Shown here in pieces: positions 37,581 through 49,209 of a DNA stretch of 64,000 bases. Below the pieces are notes generated by a model. That model saw only the letters and a program-made list of their open reading frames with translations. It had not been told where the DNA came from and made no database searches. The position numbers and the translations under genes were made by a program. The stretch spans positions 89,223,406 through 89,287,405 of the forward strand of contig NC_068990.1 of NCBI RefSeq assembly GCF_001194135.2, given 5' to 3'. The stretch's first letter is position 1, and every line of letters begins with the position of its first letter. Source of the stretch: Octopus bimaculoides (lineage: Eukaryota).

Positions 37581-38199
37581 TGTGTAGAAAAGGAGTCAAT
37601 CAGGCAGATACTCAATAATTAGAAACAAGTAGAGTGTCATAGTTAAAACCAAATGGTCATTTGTTACATACATTCTCTGTCCCTTCAGGGAGTCTTGGGG
37701 TTGACTGAGGCTGTGCTTAACAACAAATTTTACAACATTAAGTGGATGAGAAATAAATCTCCTGCTAGAGAGGATGACACTCAATTGTAGTTAACTTTAC
37801 TACGAAAAAGAATTGAAATTAGAGCTACAAGTTGATAAATCACTTGTCCATATTACAATGTTACTGTTATTTATAATACAGCACTGTGCCACTCTACACT
37901 ACCCACTTACAGTAAGATGAACTCTCCCATTGATGGCTAAGTGTCTCAGTCAAAAGTACAATGCAGTAGAATATGTGTAGTTGTTGTTTTTGTTGTCATT
38001 ATAGTTGCCATTGTTATTGACCCATGTCAGCACTGATTGAGTAGACCATTCCAACCATGACAGTTTCTTGTTTTCAGGAATAGTGTAACTGAGGTTAAAG
38101 AGCAACAACATCATTAGTTATAAGTTATTGAAATTAATTTATTTTTGAGACCATTTCTTCATGAAAATAATGAAAAACTCACAGATCAGGTACTTTGAT

Positions 38200-40007
38200 A
38201 TAAGGAATTTCAGACTAGTTTTGGTTGATAAAAGACCCATCTCACCCATAAGTACTACAGAAGGGTCAGACTAATATTTATGATTGAGCCCAACCCACAA
38301 GCTATTCCAGTTATAAACAACAATCTCAACAAAAACTTAGAAAAGTCACGGAACAACCAACAGTATTCGCTCTAAAGCTTGTACCAATAAAATAATATAC
38401 CTATTCTATACACATAACAGATAGGGTCTGATACAAATAGAATACTGTTACAAAATAACAATAGTGGGACAAGAGAGATACTTAGAAGCAAGCAAAGGGA
38501 ATCTGATTAGTGCAATAAGGAAACAAAAAAAAAAATACAAACATACTTCTCTATATATGAGGAAACAGTGAGGTATACAGTGAAGACTAACTACACAGTA
38601 AAAAGATGTGGATAAGGACAAAACAATGGAAAAAGTTTTTAAAAAAAACAAAAAAAAAATGAAAATACAAAATAAAGAAAAAAGAATTCCAAAATATACT
38701 GAAGAAAAAAATGAAGAGAAAACATTGCATGGCAATATCTTGCAAGGCTAGACAGAAAAGCAGTAAACTAAAGTGAAAACCAATAATGGCTCAAAAGCTT
38801 TGGGCTAAAAGCAGAAACAGGAGATCTGACTTTAGCTGTGCGTAACCAATACATAGCTACAAACAAGCACAAAAATAATGCAGACTATGCAACCAGTACA
38901 ATGAAACAGTTGCCAACATCATTTCCAACAGTTCAGTTCTTGCCAAGTCCAATTATATTCACAAACATGATCAAGTTGGCAGCTATGTTGACTGAGCAAT
39001 ATGCTGAAACTTTGACATGAAAAAAAAAGATAACAAGTAGTATAAACATGTACCAAACACAGTAAATGATGACTAAGTGTAAATCACTTGAGACATCATA
39101 CTTGTCCAAACTGATATGGAGATCAAAGAAACATACCAGTTTTAATAATTAGAGCTTGGAATTAAAATGTCTGTACTCTAGACATCTTGATCCCTTCTGA
39201 ACAAAACATTGATCCCCATCCCACCCCACTCCAAAAAAAAGAAAAGAAGAAGAAGAAAAAAGAAGTGATCATGCTTTTAAAGTGTAAGGGTTGTGAAATT
39301 GTGATAAACAATAGCAATAATAATTAGAACCCTGGGTATGATTTTTAAAAAATCTGAACTAAAACATACATAAAACCCACACCATGGCTCACACAGTCTA
39401 AACGGTATCACTGCTAGACATAGCTTATGTCCAGAACAAGACACTTTGAATTTATGAACTTAGCTCAGCACAAAATAATACCATATACCTGGTATAGTAT
39501 AGTATATGAGTATATAGTGTACAGTATTTAGTGTATAGTATGATATAGTATACCTTAACTACCACATAAAATAACATTATTCACACAACACATATCCTAG
39601 TGATCCTAGAGAAACAATATAATACATAATACATAATCAACACCCAATAAAATAACAATTACATAACTGATACGCAATATATAGCTCCAACACCTCACAT
39701 TCTATACAGTTGTCTCCTATTAATATAATACATCCCACAGGGCCCATACACAACCACCACTTGACACTAAAACTCATAAGATCAATCACACAGTATATAT
39801 GAAACACAACCACCACCCAACAAACTAACACAACTCACATTACATATAATCTGTGCAAGAGACAAAACAATAAATAACATCTGAAACAACGAAACAAACA
39901 TCATAACAAAGCAAAAGACCTGAAGACAATTCTATATTCTCACACCTCAGAAATATGGAGGTGCACCTAGTGGTGCTGTAGTGACTTGCATAAAACTGTT
40001 GCAAACG

Positions 40008-40039
<32 letters not shown>
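38200..40039 (+). mobile_element. R4/Dong relic, 3' half ending in (TAA)n
   Basis: KYYRRVRLI (~38250), WLKSFGLKAET (~38790), CRLCNQYNETVANIIS...LAKSNYIHKHDQVG zinc-knuckle region (~38880), then a (TAA)n tract at 40013-40039. Confidence 0.75.
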
Positions 40040-40149
40040 GTATGGCATATAACATAAAAACAACATGAAGCACAAATATACAAAAAATGTGAGAAAATAT
40101 CTCTCTATCCTTAATGAAATCAATAACAAAAAAAAATTATGCAAATGAA

Positions 40150-40740
40150 AAAAAGTGGAATAAGAGACAAATACTATAGAAATATAACATTACAAAACCA
40201 AAAAAAAAAAACAAAAAAAATCGTATCTGAAATCAAAGAACACCTGACACAACAGATTCTTCCTAAATTGCAAAGAATCTGTTAGGATGAAAAACAACAA
40301 TGATTCTTTGAACAGAACAAACAGTTTGATTCCAACCCAAAATGATTTTATTAAGAACTTGGTAAAAATAAAATAAAAATCAATGCAACACCAACAACAA
40401 GGGAAACCAAAATCCTAGAAAAGAGCATGGGAAGTGAAAGGATTACAACAGACAAGGTAGTCAAAAACAATGAAGACAACATCTGAATAATCATGAGAGG
40501 CCAAAGTATCAAATGAAATAACCCTGATACAATAAAACACTTTTGGTTAAAATATTTAACAGCAACACATAAAGTACCAACAGTGAAGTATAATGAGATA
40601 TTGATGAAGCTGGAGGCAACTTCTGACTGTTTCACTGAGGAGAAAACTTCTTCAATCCTCAAAACTAAAGAACCAGAAAATTTTAAGATCAACAAGCCCA
40701 TAACTTGCTGTCTCACAACCCACAATGCTGTGATGTATGA
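40150..40740 (+). mobile_element. R4/Dong relic, N-terminal pre-RT region
   Basis: IKEHLTQ..LQRI..FFEQNKQFDSNPK*FY*ELG and PDTIKHFWLKYLTATH...KPITC match R4-type ORFs. Confidence 0.8.
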
Positions 40741-40787
40741 CATTCTAACGATCCAGCAGATCTACTGCCCTCAATAATCTGCTATAA

Positions 40788-40936
40788 CAAGTACGGACAA
40801 CTTTTCTTTCGAGAAGTGGGCCGCATGAGAAATGGTTCACCATCAGGTGAACTGCACTACTAAAAAAAGATACAAAGCAATTTTTTGTTGGTACGCCATT
40901 CAGAAAGGCCCTCGGGCTGCAGTTTGCCCATAACTG
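40788..40936. mobile_element. hAT-type MITE fragment
   Basis: gggccgcatgag...ggccctcgggctgcagtttgcccataactg resembles hAT MITE termini. Confidence 0.45.
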
Positions 40937-40984
40937 GTTTATGACATAAGAATAAGGCAACATATTTGGGTAGGAAGATTAGTC

Positions 40985-41130
40985 GTTTAAAGTGGCCTTA
41001 GCACTTTATCTTAGCGACCCCTGAATAATGAAAAGCAAATTTGACTGTGGCTGAGATTTGAACTCAGAACATAAAGAACCGTAATTTAATTCCGCAAGGC
41101 TTTTTGTCGAACGCTCTAACGATTCTGCTA
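40985..41130 (-). mobile_element. SINE family B fragment
   Basis: gatttgaactcagaac...ctctaacgattctgc. Confidence 0.7.
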
Positions 41131-41504
41131 AATAATAAACTATCCGTCAACAAGTTAATCCAGCTGACCTACTTGTGCCTGAAAACCAGGATGAATTGAT
41201 TTCCGTAATGTAAGCTAAACAACGAAACACTTGCATGACAGATTGTTGCAATATGGTGCCAGATGAGACCGATACATGGAATATTCTATTCTGATGAATT
41301 AATGGCTTTCTTCCAAATTCTTCATCAGTTACACAAATATTCCATTGTTCTACCTTAGAGGAGTTGTATGGATGTTAAACAACAATGATGATGACAACGA
41401 CGACAACAGTAACAGCAACAACAAGGAAGATAACAGTATATAACAATAATAATGACGACAATTGCAACATATAACAATGACAAGATTTGAAGCCAAGGAA
41501 AGAG

Positions 41505-41670
41505 CCTCTACGTAGTCGTTCAACCTGCTAGAAATAGCTGCCAAATCTTCCTTGTCTTTAAAAAAAGGATATTGGATAATGCAGTTATAGAGACACGAGG
41601 GAGGGAGAGACAATCATGACTGGAATACCTTTCATCATGGGCTCGTTGAGCCAAGGCTAAACAACAAAAC
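41505..41670 (+). mobile_element. Family C SINE-like repeat
   Basis: caacctgctagaaatagctgccaaatc...ggctaaacaac. Confidence 0.7.
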
Positions 41671-42149
41671 AGAGATACTAGATATGACAGTATGTTAACA
41701 CCAATGATAGAAATAGTCTGACAACTCACACATGTAAGACGCTGTTGTATTCGTATTTAATAGAACATCCCCTTGAGGTATTCCCCACCCAACACTTTCA
41801 TCAAACACAATGGCCACTCTAAGATGTGCAAATATATGCATTGTAACCAACACACAAAAGGGAAAAGAACTGTAAGCAAGCATGTAATTACATCTGTTCA
41901 AAACATCGTTCTTAACGGCCTATATATAAACCTAGGGCTACATCTAAATCTTCTTCATAAAAAATACTAAGCAAATTTATAAAGAAAGAGATCATAAGTT
42001 TAGCAGAAATTTATTAGGGGCATTTGTTTTCGCTTTTTGTCCACACACACTCAGACTCGCGCACATTTTTTAACAAAATATTGAAGGGAATGTCGATAAT
42101 TTTGCAGGGCAACAGATACCTAACATATATAAATAATTAAATATATAAA

Positions 42150-43700
42150 TAATTTGGCAATTGAACAGTGGAGAATAGATATTAATGGAATGCATTACAC
42201 CAACCAGCCAACCACAATGTTGGGTTACAGATAGTACCTTGAAGTTATTTATTGGTTAATATTCTCTTCAACATTGATACAGACAATGTGGATCAGCAGA
42301 AATACAATAGACCAAATGACTACCATTTTTGTAGAGAGTGATTATTGAATGAATCTATCTAATGGACAAGTTGGGCAGCAAATGATTTTGTGTTACTGCT
42401 GACCACATTATATTGTCTGATTCAAATACATAGATTTTTGGGCATTTTGATCATATCTGTTATCTAGATAGATTTTCCACGAATGATTTATTTGGTGCAT
42501 GTAAACATTCCTAGCCTTAGTGCAGCAATGCAAACATTCCTAGGCTGATGCAGTGATGGCTGTTTTGAGTTAATATAAAGGTTAATGAGAGCATGTGACC
42601 AGCAACTAGATTCATCATAACTTGGCTTTGTGAATGAAGATTCATAAAATGACATGTCCAATCAACTGCAGGCTTGCTGGGGGTGAATGAAGCCTTCTAG
42701 GACAGGCAGGTTTGGACACAGTAACCACAAGCGAAATTTTATTCTGGGTTCAGTGTTGTTGAGTCACAGTGCATCCACAATCTCTTTTTGTCTTCAAGGT
42801 CAGCCTTGCACATTCTTGAAGGGTGAAACTGACTTTTGAATGTTGTGTCTATTTGGATGATCATATTGCTACTTTTTGGTGGTAAGCAGGAAAGGAGAAA
42901 AGATAAACAATTTTACCTCTTCCTGATAGTTAGGGCAAAGGTTGAAAGGACACAGAAGATATAGGTCTTTCTCTGACTGGGACAATATTTTCATCACATG
43001 CTTCAAATACCATTTGAAGTAAACAATAATGGTTGAGATATCTTGTACTTAAGTAATTTTCATGGCACACAGGTGAGATTTGTTGATTTAATTCCCTGAT
43101 TTGCTTGTGGAGTGGATTATGGAAATAATTTCTGTAAGCCGATGTGAGATGTAGAGGTTTGAGATGCCTTAGTCTTCTTTAGGTAATGTATGTCTTTTGC
43201 AAACGTCTTACAACATGATAGGTTCAAAGGTTGTGTAGCAGTAGTAACCTTCATTAAGTGACATACAATATGAAGCCACTCATCAGACACTTCTCCTTAC
43301 ACTCTGAGGCAATCAGCCTTGTTCAGGGAAAGACCTGGACCTATGGTTTAATAGCAAGGCCATGAGGAAAATCTGGGTGGATTTGAGAGATGTTGGGGGG
43401 ATGCATACCTCATAAAAATAGCTGAAGTCCCCAATGATAAACCTATGATCTCAACAGCTGAACTGGTGGAACAGGGAAATGCTAGATAGACTGCCACCAG
43501 TATTCCTTCTCTGAAGAACTACAACAGAAAAAGAAATACTCAGACACAAGCAGGAGCTGTTACTGATGATAACATGATAAGGCCATGTAACCTTATTTTT
43601 GTGATCCAAAAGACTAACTAATGTTATATTTGGTCTCCTCAAAGCCCATCTGTTCAGGATTAACTTTTTTGGACATAGAATGTTGTAAACTGAGAAGAAA
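42150..43700 (-). mobile_element. Highly degraded CR1-type LINE (APE plus start of RT)
   Basis: HRFIIGDFS (APE GDFN motif) near 43440; IITLYKNGS and TQHCG (RT N-terminus) near 42330-42210. Confidence 0.5.
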
Positions 43701-44269
43701 GTCTTCCCTTTCCCAACAAACTAACTGTTCATTGTTTTTTAAGGGAAATGAACTCTAAGTCCAAATCAAAAAGAACACTACGTCCAACATTTCCTAAATT
43801 AATGAAGATCTGAGATTAATGAAGTTGTTGACCTTGCCAAGAATAGAGACTAATGGTGACAGTGTTATGCATATAGTATTTTTTACATTGTTGGCTTGGT
43901 TACCCTTTATAGAAACAGAAAAGGATGCTGAAGAATGAAAAGTGTCTTTGAATGGTTGTCTCTCATCATTTTAAAGCATTTATTTTTTTCTATTTCAAGT
44001 AATGTATAATATAATAAAAGACGAAGACAGATGAGGGAACAAGCCTGAGTATTAGTTTGATGCTTGGGAAAAGTAGAAAAGTCTTTGATGCTTCAAGCTT
44101 ATGTTCTTTGACAGAAAGGATTGAGAGTAAAAAAAATGGAGGGAGAATGAAAACAAACGGAGAGAGAAAAGAAATTGTGTAGGGAATAATGGTTCAGCAT
44201 GATGAAATGTATGATATACAAACATACAATTGTATGTTTGTATGTCATATATATTATATGTATAGCGTA

Positions 44270-44420
44270 TACAGATTACGAGATAGTGGGTTCGATTCCC
44301 AGACTGGGCATTGCATTGGGTTCTTAAGCAAAGCACTTCATTTCACATTGCTCTGCGATCATTTCGTCACCTGACATGTGACACATGGTGCACCTGTACA
44401 GGTAATGTCAATTTGATGGA
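44270..44420 (+). mobile_element. tRNA-derived SINE fragment
   Basis: gggttcgattcccagac B-box followed by cttaagcaaagcacttcatttcacattgctc. Confidence 0.6.
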
Positions 44421-45159
44421 GGGGTGGTTGTTTAGAAAGAAATCATCAAACCCTCATACATTGTCTAAGAAAAGGAAAGTCCATGATATATAATAATAGA
44501 AAAGAAGATGGACATAACTTGGTAACCATTTATTCCCATTGTTACATACGTTTCAATATTTGGTAACACATGACATCACACTACAGATGCAACCAGTAGG
44601 TGCAGCTTATATGGCAAGCATGGAATAAACACATCACCAGGCAATCAATAAAGAAATACAAGTTAGAGACAAACAGTAACCAAATCTATACACACTGGAA
44701 GCACCTGCTAGAGGGGAGGGAGTGGAGGAGGTAAGAAGGTAAGCTGACCGACATAATTGCAGTGCGGACTGGTATTTGTAAGAGTGGAATTAGTCACTGA
44801 GTAAGAAAGGGGCCCACAATTGCGTTTACTTGACTGTAAAAAAGGGGAGAAGGGAGGACACAGAGATAGCAGCTAGCAAGATAAAGTGGTAAATAAAACA
44901 TCTGAGGAGCCAATGACACCATCCCAAGATCTAACCAACATGTTGGTCATTAACCAGTCCACTTGTCATATGTATGTGCACCCATAAGTGCATACACACA
45001 ATGGTGGTAGCGACTCCTTTATTTGCCACCTATGAAAACGAAGCAGTAACATTACAGTAAGATTCAATATATACATTGTGTGTGTGTGTGTATTCTCAGT
45101 CAAACATAAATTGCACCATTTTTGGATGGGTGTCTCTATCTAAGACCATGCAAAAATAG

Positions 45160-45525
45160 AGCAACTCCCCAGCTGGCCAATTCCAGTCAAACTATCCAAC
45201 CCATGGCAGCACAGAAAGCGGATGTCAAGTGGCTGTGTGGTAAGAAGCTTGATTCCTAATCACATGGTTCTGGGTTCAGTTGCACTATGCAGCACCTTGG
45301 GTCCTCTCGGCTGAGAGAGGAGGAACACAGCAGACATACCTGCATGTATGGATGGACATAATTTTACTTAGCTTGACTTAGCAGTTTGGCAAAAGACACC
45401 GATAGAATAAGTACCGGGCTTACAAAGAATAAGTCCAGGGGTTGATTTCTTGAACTAAAAGGCAGTGCTCCAGCATGGCCACAGTCAAAATTACTGAAAC
45501 AAGTAAAAGAATAAGTGAATATATA
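45160..45525 (+). mobile_element. Cluster of SINE fragments (family D tail, family A head, another tail)
   Basis: ggctgtgtggtaagaagc at 45230; aagtaccgggcttacaaagaataagtcc. Confidence 0.7.
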
Positions 45526-45549
45526 TTTATATACTCATACACACATCAT

Positions 45550-46090
45550 CATCATCATCATCATCAATCTTCATCATCATCATCATTTAACATCCATATT
45601 CCATACTGGCACGGGTTGAATAGTTTGGCAGGATCTGATGGGCCTAAGGACTGTATCGTGCTTCAGTATCGCACATTCTTTGTGGTTGGATGCCCTTCTT
45701 AATGCCAACCACTTTACAATGTGTACTGGGTGCTTTTTCATGTCACTGGCATGACTAAGATTGCCATGCAGCTTGCAAGCCAACAAAACTCAACGAGGGG
45801 GTGTAGGGAAGTTTGTCCCTATGCTAGATGGGGGTTAAGATATGAGAGATGAGGTTTGGGTAGAGCAGGTTCTTGTGGAGGAGCTACATGGGTGCACACA
45901 TTTAGGGGAGAGAGTGAGAATCAATCATTAGTATGTTGCTAAAAAAATAAACAGGTGGTACTCCAAAGTTCAAGGTTAGTAGACGTGAGTGGGAACAGCG
46001 AAGATAGGAGTGTGAGTGGGGATAAGAGAAAGAAAAAATGGGTGAGAGAGGGTAGGCAACATCTGTAAAGATTGGATAGAGTTGAAGGGT
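45550..46090 (-). mobile_element. Composite retroposon with family D tail
   Basis: Homologous to 33400-33900. Confidence 0.65.
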
Positions 46091-46129
46091 GGCCAGAAGG
46101 AGACACACACACACTCACTCACGCATATA

Positions 46130-46339
46130 TGCGAGGGGCTGCTGAGAAGTTCATGGCTTAAAGGGTATTGCGAAAGGCCTGGTTGGAGGCCCATCTTTTA
46201 CAGGGCTTAGAAAAACTGAAAGACTGCTGCAATAAGTGGGTGAATCTGAGAGGGGAATATGTTCAATAAAATCACAATGAACTGATCCTCCTGTATTTTC
46301 TTTTACCCAAAGCCAGGAACTTTTCGGCACGCTCTTGTA
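46130..46339. mobile_element. mariner-derived MITE (~210 bp)
   Basis: TIRs gaggggctgctgagaagttcatggctt / aagccaggaacttttcggcacgctc; interior encodes mariner C-terminal remnant GLEKLKDCCNKWVNLRGEYV. Confidence 0.85.
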
Positions 46340-46370
46340 CATACACACATATTATTAGTCCATGTCCCAT

Positions 46371-46372
<2 letters not shown>

Positions 46373-46448
<76 letters not shown>

Positions 46449-46475
46449 CATAGGTAGATAGATAGATAGATATAT
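46373..46475. repeat. (TA)n(GATA)n microsatellite
   Basis: Visible. Confidence 0.95.
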
Positions 46476-47384
46476 GTATGCATATGTATGATGAGAGTGT
46501 ATATGTGTTTATATTTATGTTGTGCTCTTTCATGTCCAGTGACCTTGTAGTTCAACAAACGGAGAGTAATAAAATAAGTACCAGACTTGAATAACCACTG
46601 CGGTTATTAAGTTCCTTGAAACTGGTGCCCCATCATGGCCACAATCCACAAAACTAGTAAAATAATAAAAGTATATATATCTAAAGTATGTGTAAAAATT
46701 CTCTAAAAATGCATTGTTTTTGGTATTTCTTTATTCCTGCTTTTCGGCTGTTTTTCATTAAAACATATTTCTCTAACCCCAGGAGGAGATTATTTCAACA
46801 TAGAGTTTTCATTTGTGGGCAATCCATTCTCTCATGTGATGCTAAAATAAAATAACACAAATAAATAATAACTATATAACTAAATAATAATAATAATGAT
46901 GAAACGAAAAAATGTAATTATAATTAAATTATAAATTAATAAACATATATATTTTTTATTTCTTTATGAAATTAGTACAAAAAAAATTAACATTTTGAAG
47001 TTAATTAACATTATCTAATATTAACTTTTTCTAAAAAGTCAAAGAGAAAAATTTTGATCCTTTTTTGAAAATTTACTTCCTCCCTAAAGTTAACTACAAC
47101 GTATAATTGTCATTTTTCAGTTCCTTTAATAAACAGCAAACATTAAAATCAATTTTTTTTGAAGAATTAATCATAATTTTAAAGAAAATTATTCCTTTTT
47201 TCTCTTGAAATAAATCAAGAAGTGAGAATTTTATTACCATATAAAAGAAATTATAATAATTTCTTTATTTCAAAACTGATCCCTAAATTATTTCATAAAT
47301 AAATGTCGTGCTTGTTCCCTAAAAGCCTTTCCTTTCCATAGTTCCATTTACCGAAAATAAATACAAAAGTAAAATAGAATTAAG

Positions 47385-47665
47385 GAAAGAAAATGATAGA
47401 GAGAAAGAGAAAGAAAGAGTGAAGAAAGAAATCATAGAGAAAGAGAAAAGAAAAAAGTGTTAGAGAGAAAGAGAAAGAAAGAAAAAAACAAGGGGAAAGA
47501 TATGATAGAAATAATGTATTAGAGAGAGAGAGAGTGAAAGAAATGATAGAGAGAAAGTGAAAAAAGAAATGATAGAGAGAAAATGAAAAAAGGAATGAAA
47601 GAGAGAGAGAGAGAGAGAGAAATAGATAAATGATGGAGAGGGGAAGTGAGAGAGCGAGAGAAATT
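47385..47665. repeat. Purine-rich GA low-complexity tract
   Basis: Visible; explains ORF 47380..47691. Confidence 0.9.
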
Positions 47666-48299
47666 AAATACATCGATGGAAAAAACAACAAAAAACTGTT
47701 ATGAAATTATTTCATTTTCAGTTTAGAACAAAAGGTAGCGGCGTTTCACGGGTGTATATATATATATATATGTGTGTATATGTATATATATATATATATG
47801 TATGTGTATGTACATGGTGTCGGTCACTAGTATAAACTTATATTATGAAACAATCAACTAACACTTCCATTTAATAAGTTTATTGTGTGTAAAAATTCTA
47901 CACTGAATTTAATATAAAACATATGTACACACATTTGTATATATGTATATATGTCTATGTAGTGTTGTTTTTCTTTCAATTTCATACTTTAATTATTCTT
48001 TCTTCAATAACAGCGAACTCACACTCACCGTCTATTTATAGTTAATTATAAATTTACTACAAGATAAACTGAAGATCTCAATTTAAGGACCAAATTCGCA
48101 TTTAAGTGCTTTCATGACGTACATTGATAATAATAATAATAATAAAAAAAACAACATGAAGACAAATTTATTCATAGCCCATCCCATATCCTTTCTTTGG
48201 TTCGTTTTTCTTTTTATTCATCATCAATTTCCTTACGAATGTTGTTATCCAAGAAAACCGAATGTTTCTAGAAGAACGTAAAGCCCCTTAATAAAGGCA

Positions 48300-48780
48300 A
48301 GCACTTAGGCCAGGCTAAAGCTGTCGTATGTCACAACTATGAGGCGTTGAACACGATTGTGCTTTTTTACCCAGAATCCTCAGTATCAGTGGCTACCCAC
48401 AACTGAAGCCGAAGCGGCCTTTACATCTGTGGAGCTTCTCGCTTTGGTTAGCTCCTGCTTTTGTCGCCAGAGTACGTCCACGGTAAGTGCGCCGAACCTT
48501 CCTCTCTAGCATCGTGCGTCGTTCGTTTCATGTCTACGTTCAATCGTTTCAATGTGTCTTCTTCTTTGTAGAGAAAACTGTTAGTTGTTTATGTTATTTC
48601 CATTTTTTGGCTCTCTCGTTCACTCGAAGCGAGGGTCACCCTTCGTCCTCAGCATGACCATTGTGGAGTCTCCGCCGCCGCCGCCGCCGCTATCACCAAC
48701 GCCGCCGCCGCACACACGCACACACGCCACATTCTCTTTCTTTGAGACTATATGCGAAAATGAGGGCAACACACTTAACG
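48300..48780. promoter_or_regulatory. CpG/GC-rich promoter-like island with (GCC)n
   Basis: Dense CpGs against CpG-poor flanks; two TCAGT initiator-like motifs at 48380 and 48386. Confidence 0.6.
48382..48482 (+). other. Candidate non-coding first exon
   Basis: Starts at the TCAGT initiator-like motif, ends at a strong donor ACG|GTAAGT, contains no ATG. Confidence 0.45.
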
Positions 48781-49170
48781 CTTCTCTCTTACATGCTGTT
48801 ATATATATATTTTCTGTATTTCCTTTCATTAGCTCTACAGTATTTGTTTTTATTTTCCCTTCATTACTCATCTGCTCGGAAAACATATCTCTAATACTAT
48901 TCTGTAAAGATTCTAAAGCGTGCCATGATAAGCAAACCAGCTAAAGGTGCTACCACCTCAGGCGGATATATATATGCATATATATATTATTCGGCATCGA
49001 GACAGGGCAGTTAGGTTATTCATATTTTGTTTTCATGTACATTTCTCTTATTTTCATTTTGATTTCTGAGTCCGTTTCACTAATTTTTTTTCTAAACTCA
49101 TTAACCTTTTATTGAAGTTGAAAATCAGGCAAAGGAAACAAAACCAATCCCCCTTCACATAAACACACAC

Positions 49171-49209
<39 letters not shown>

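Noticed and set aside
41292-41332. ctgatgaa...ttcatcag 8-bp inverted repeat as a double hammerhead
   Set aside because: No GAAA/helix III on either strand; a stem this short is expected by chance.
48585-48944. ORFs across the (GCC)n island (MTIVESPPPP, MVMLRTKG)
   Set aside because: No convincing splice continuation or recognisable domain; explained by the triplet repeat.
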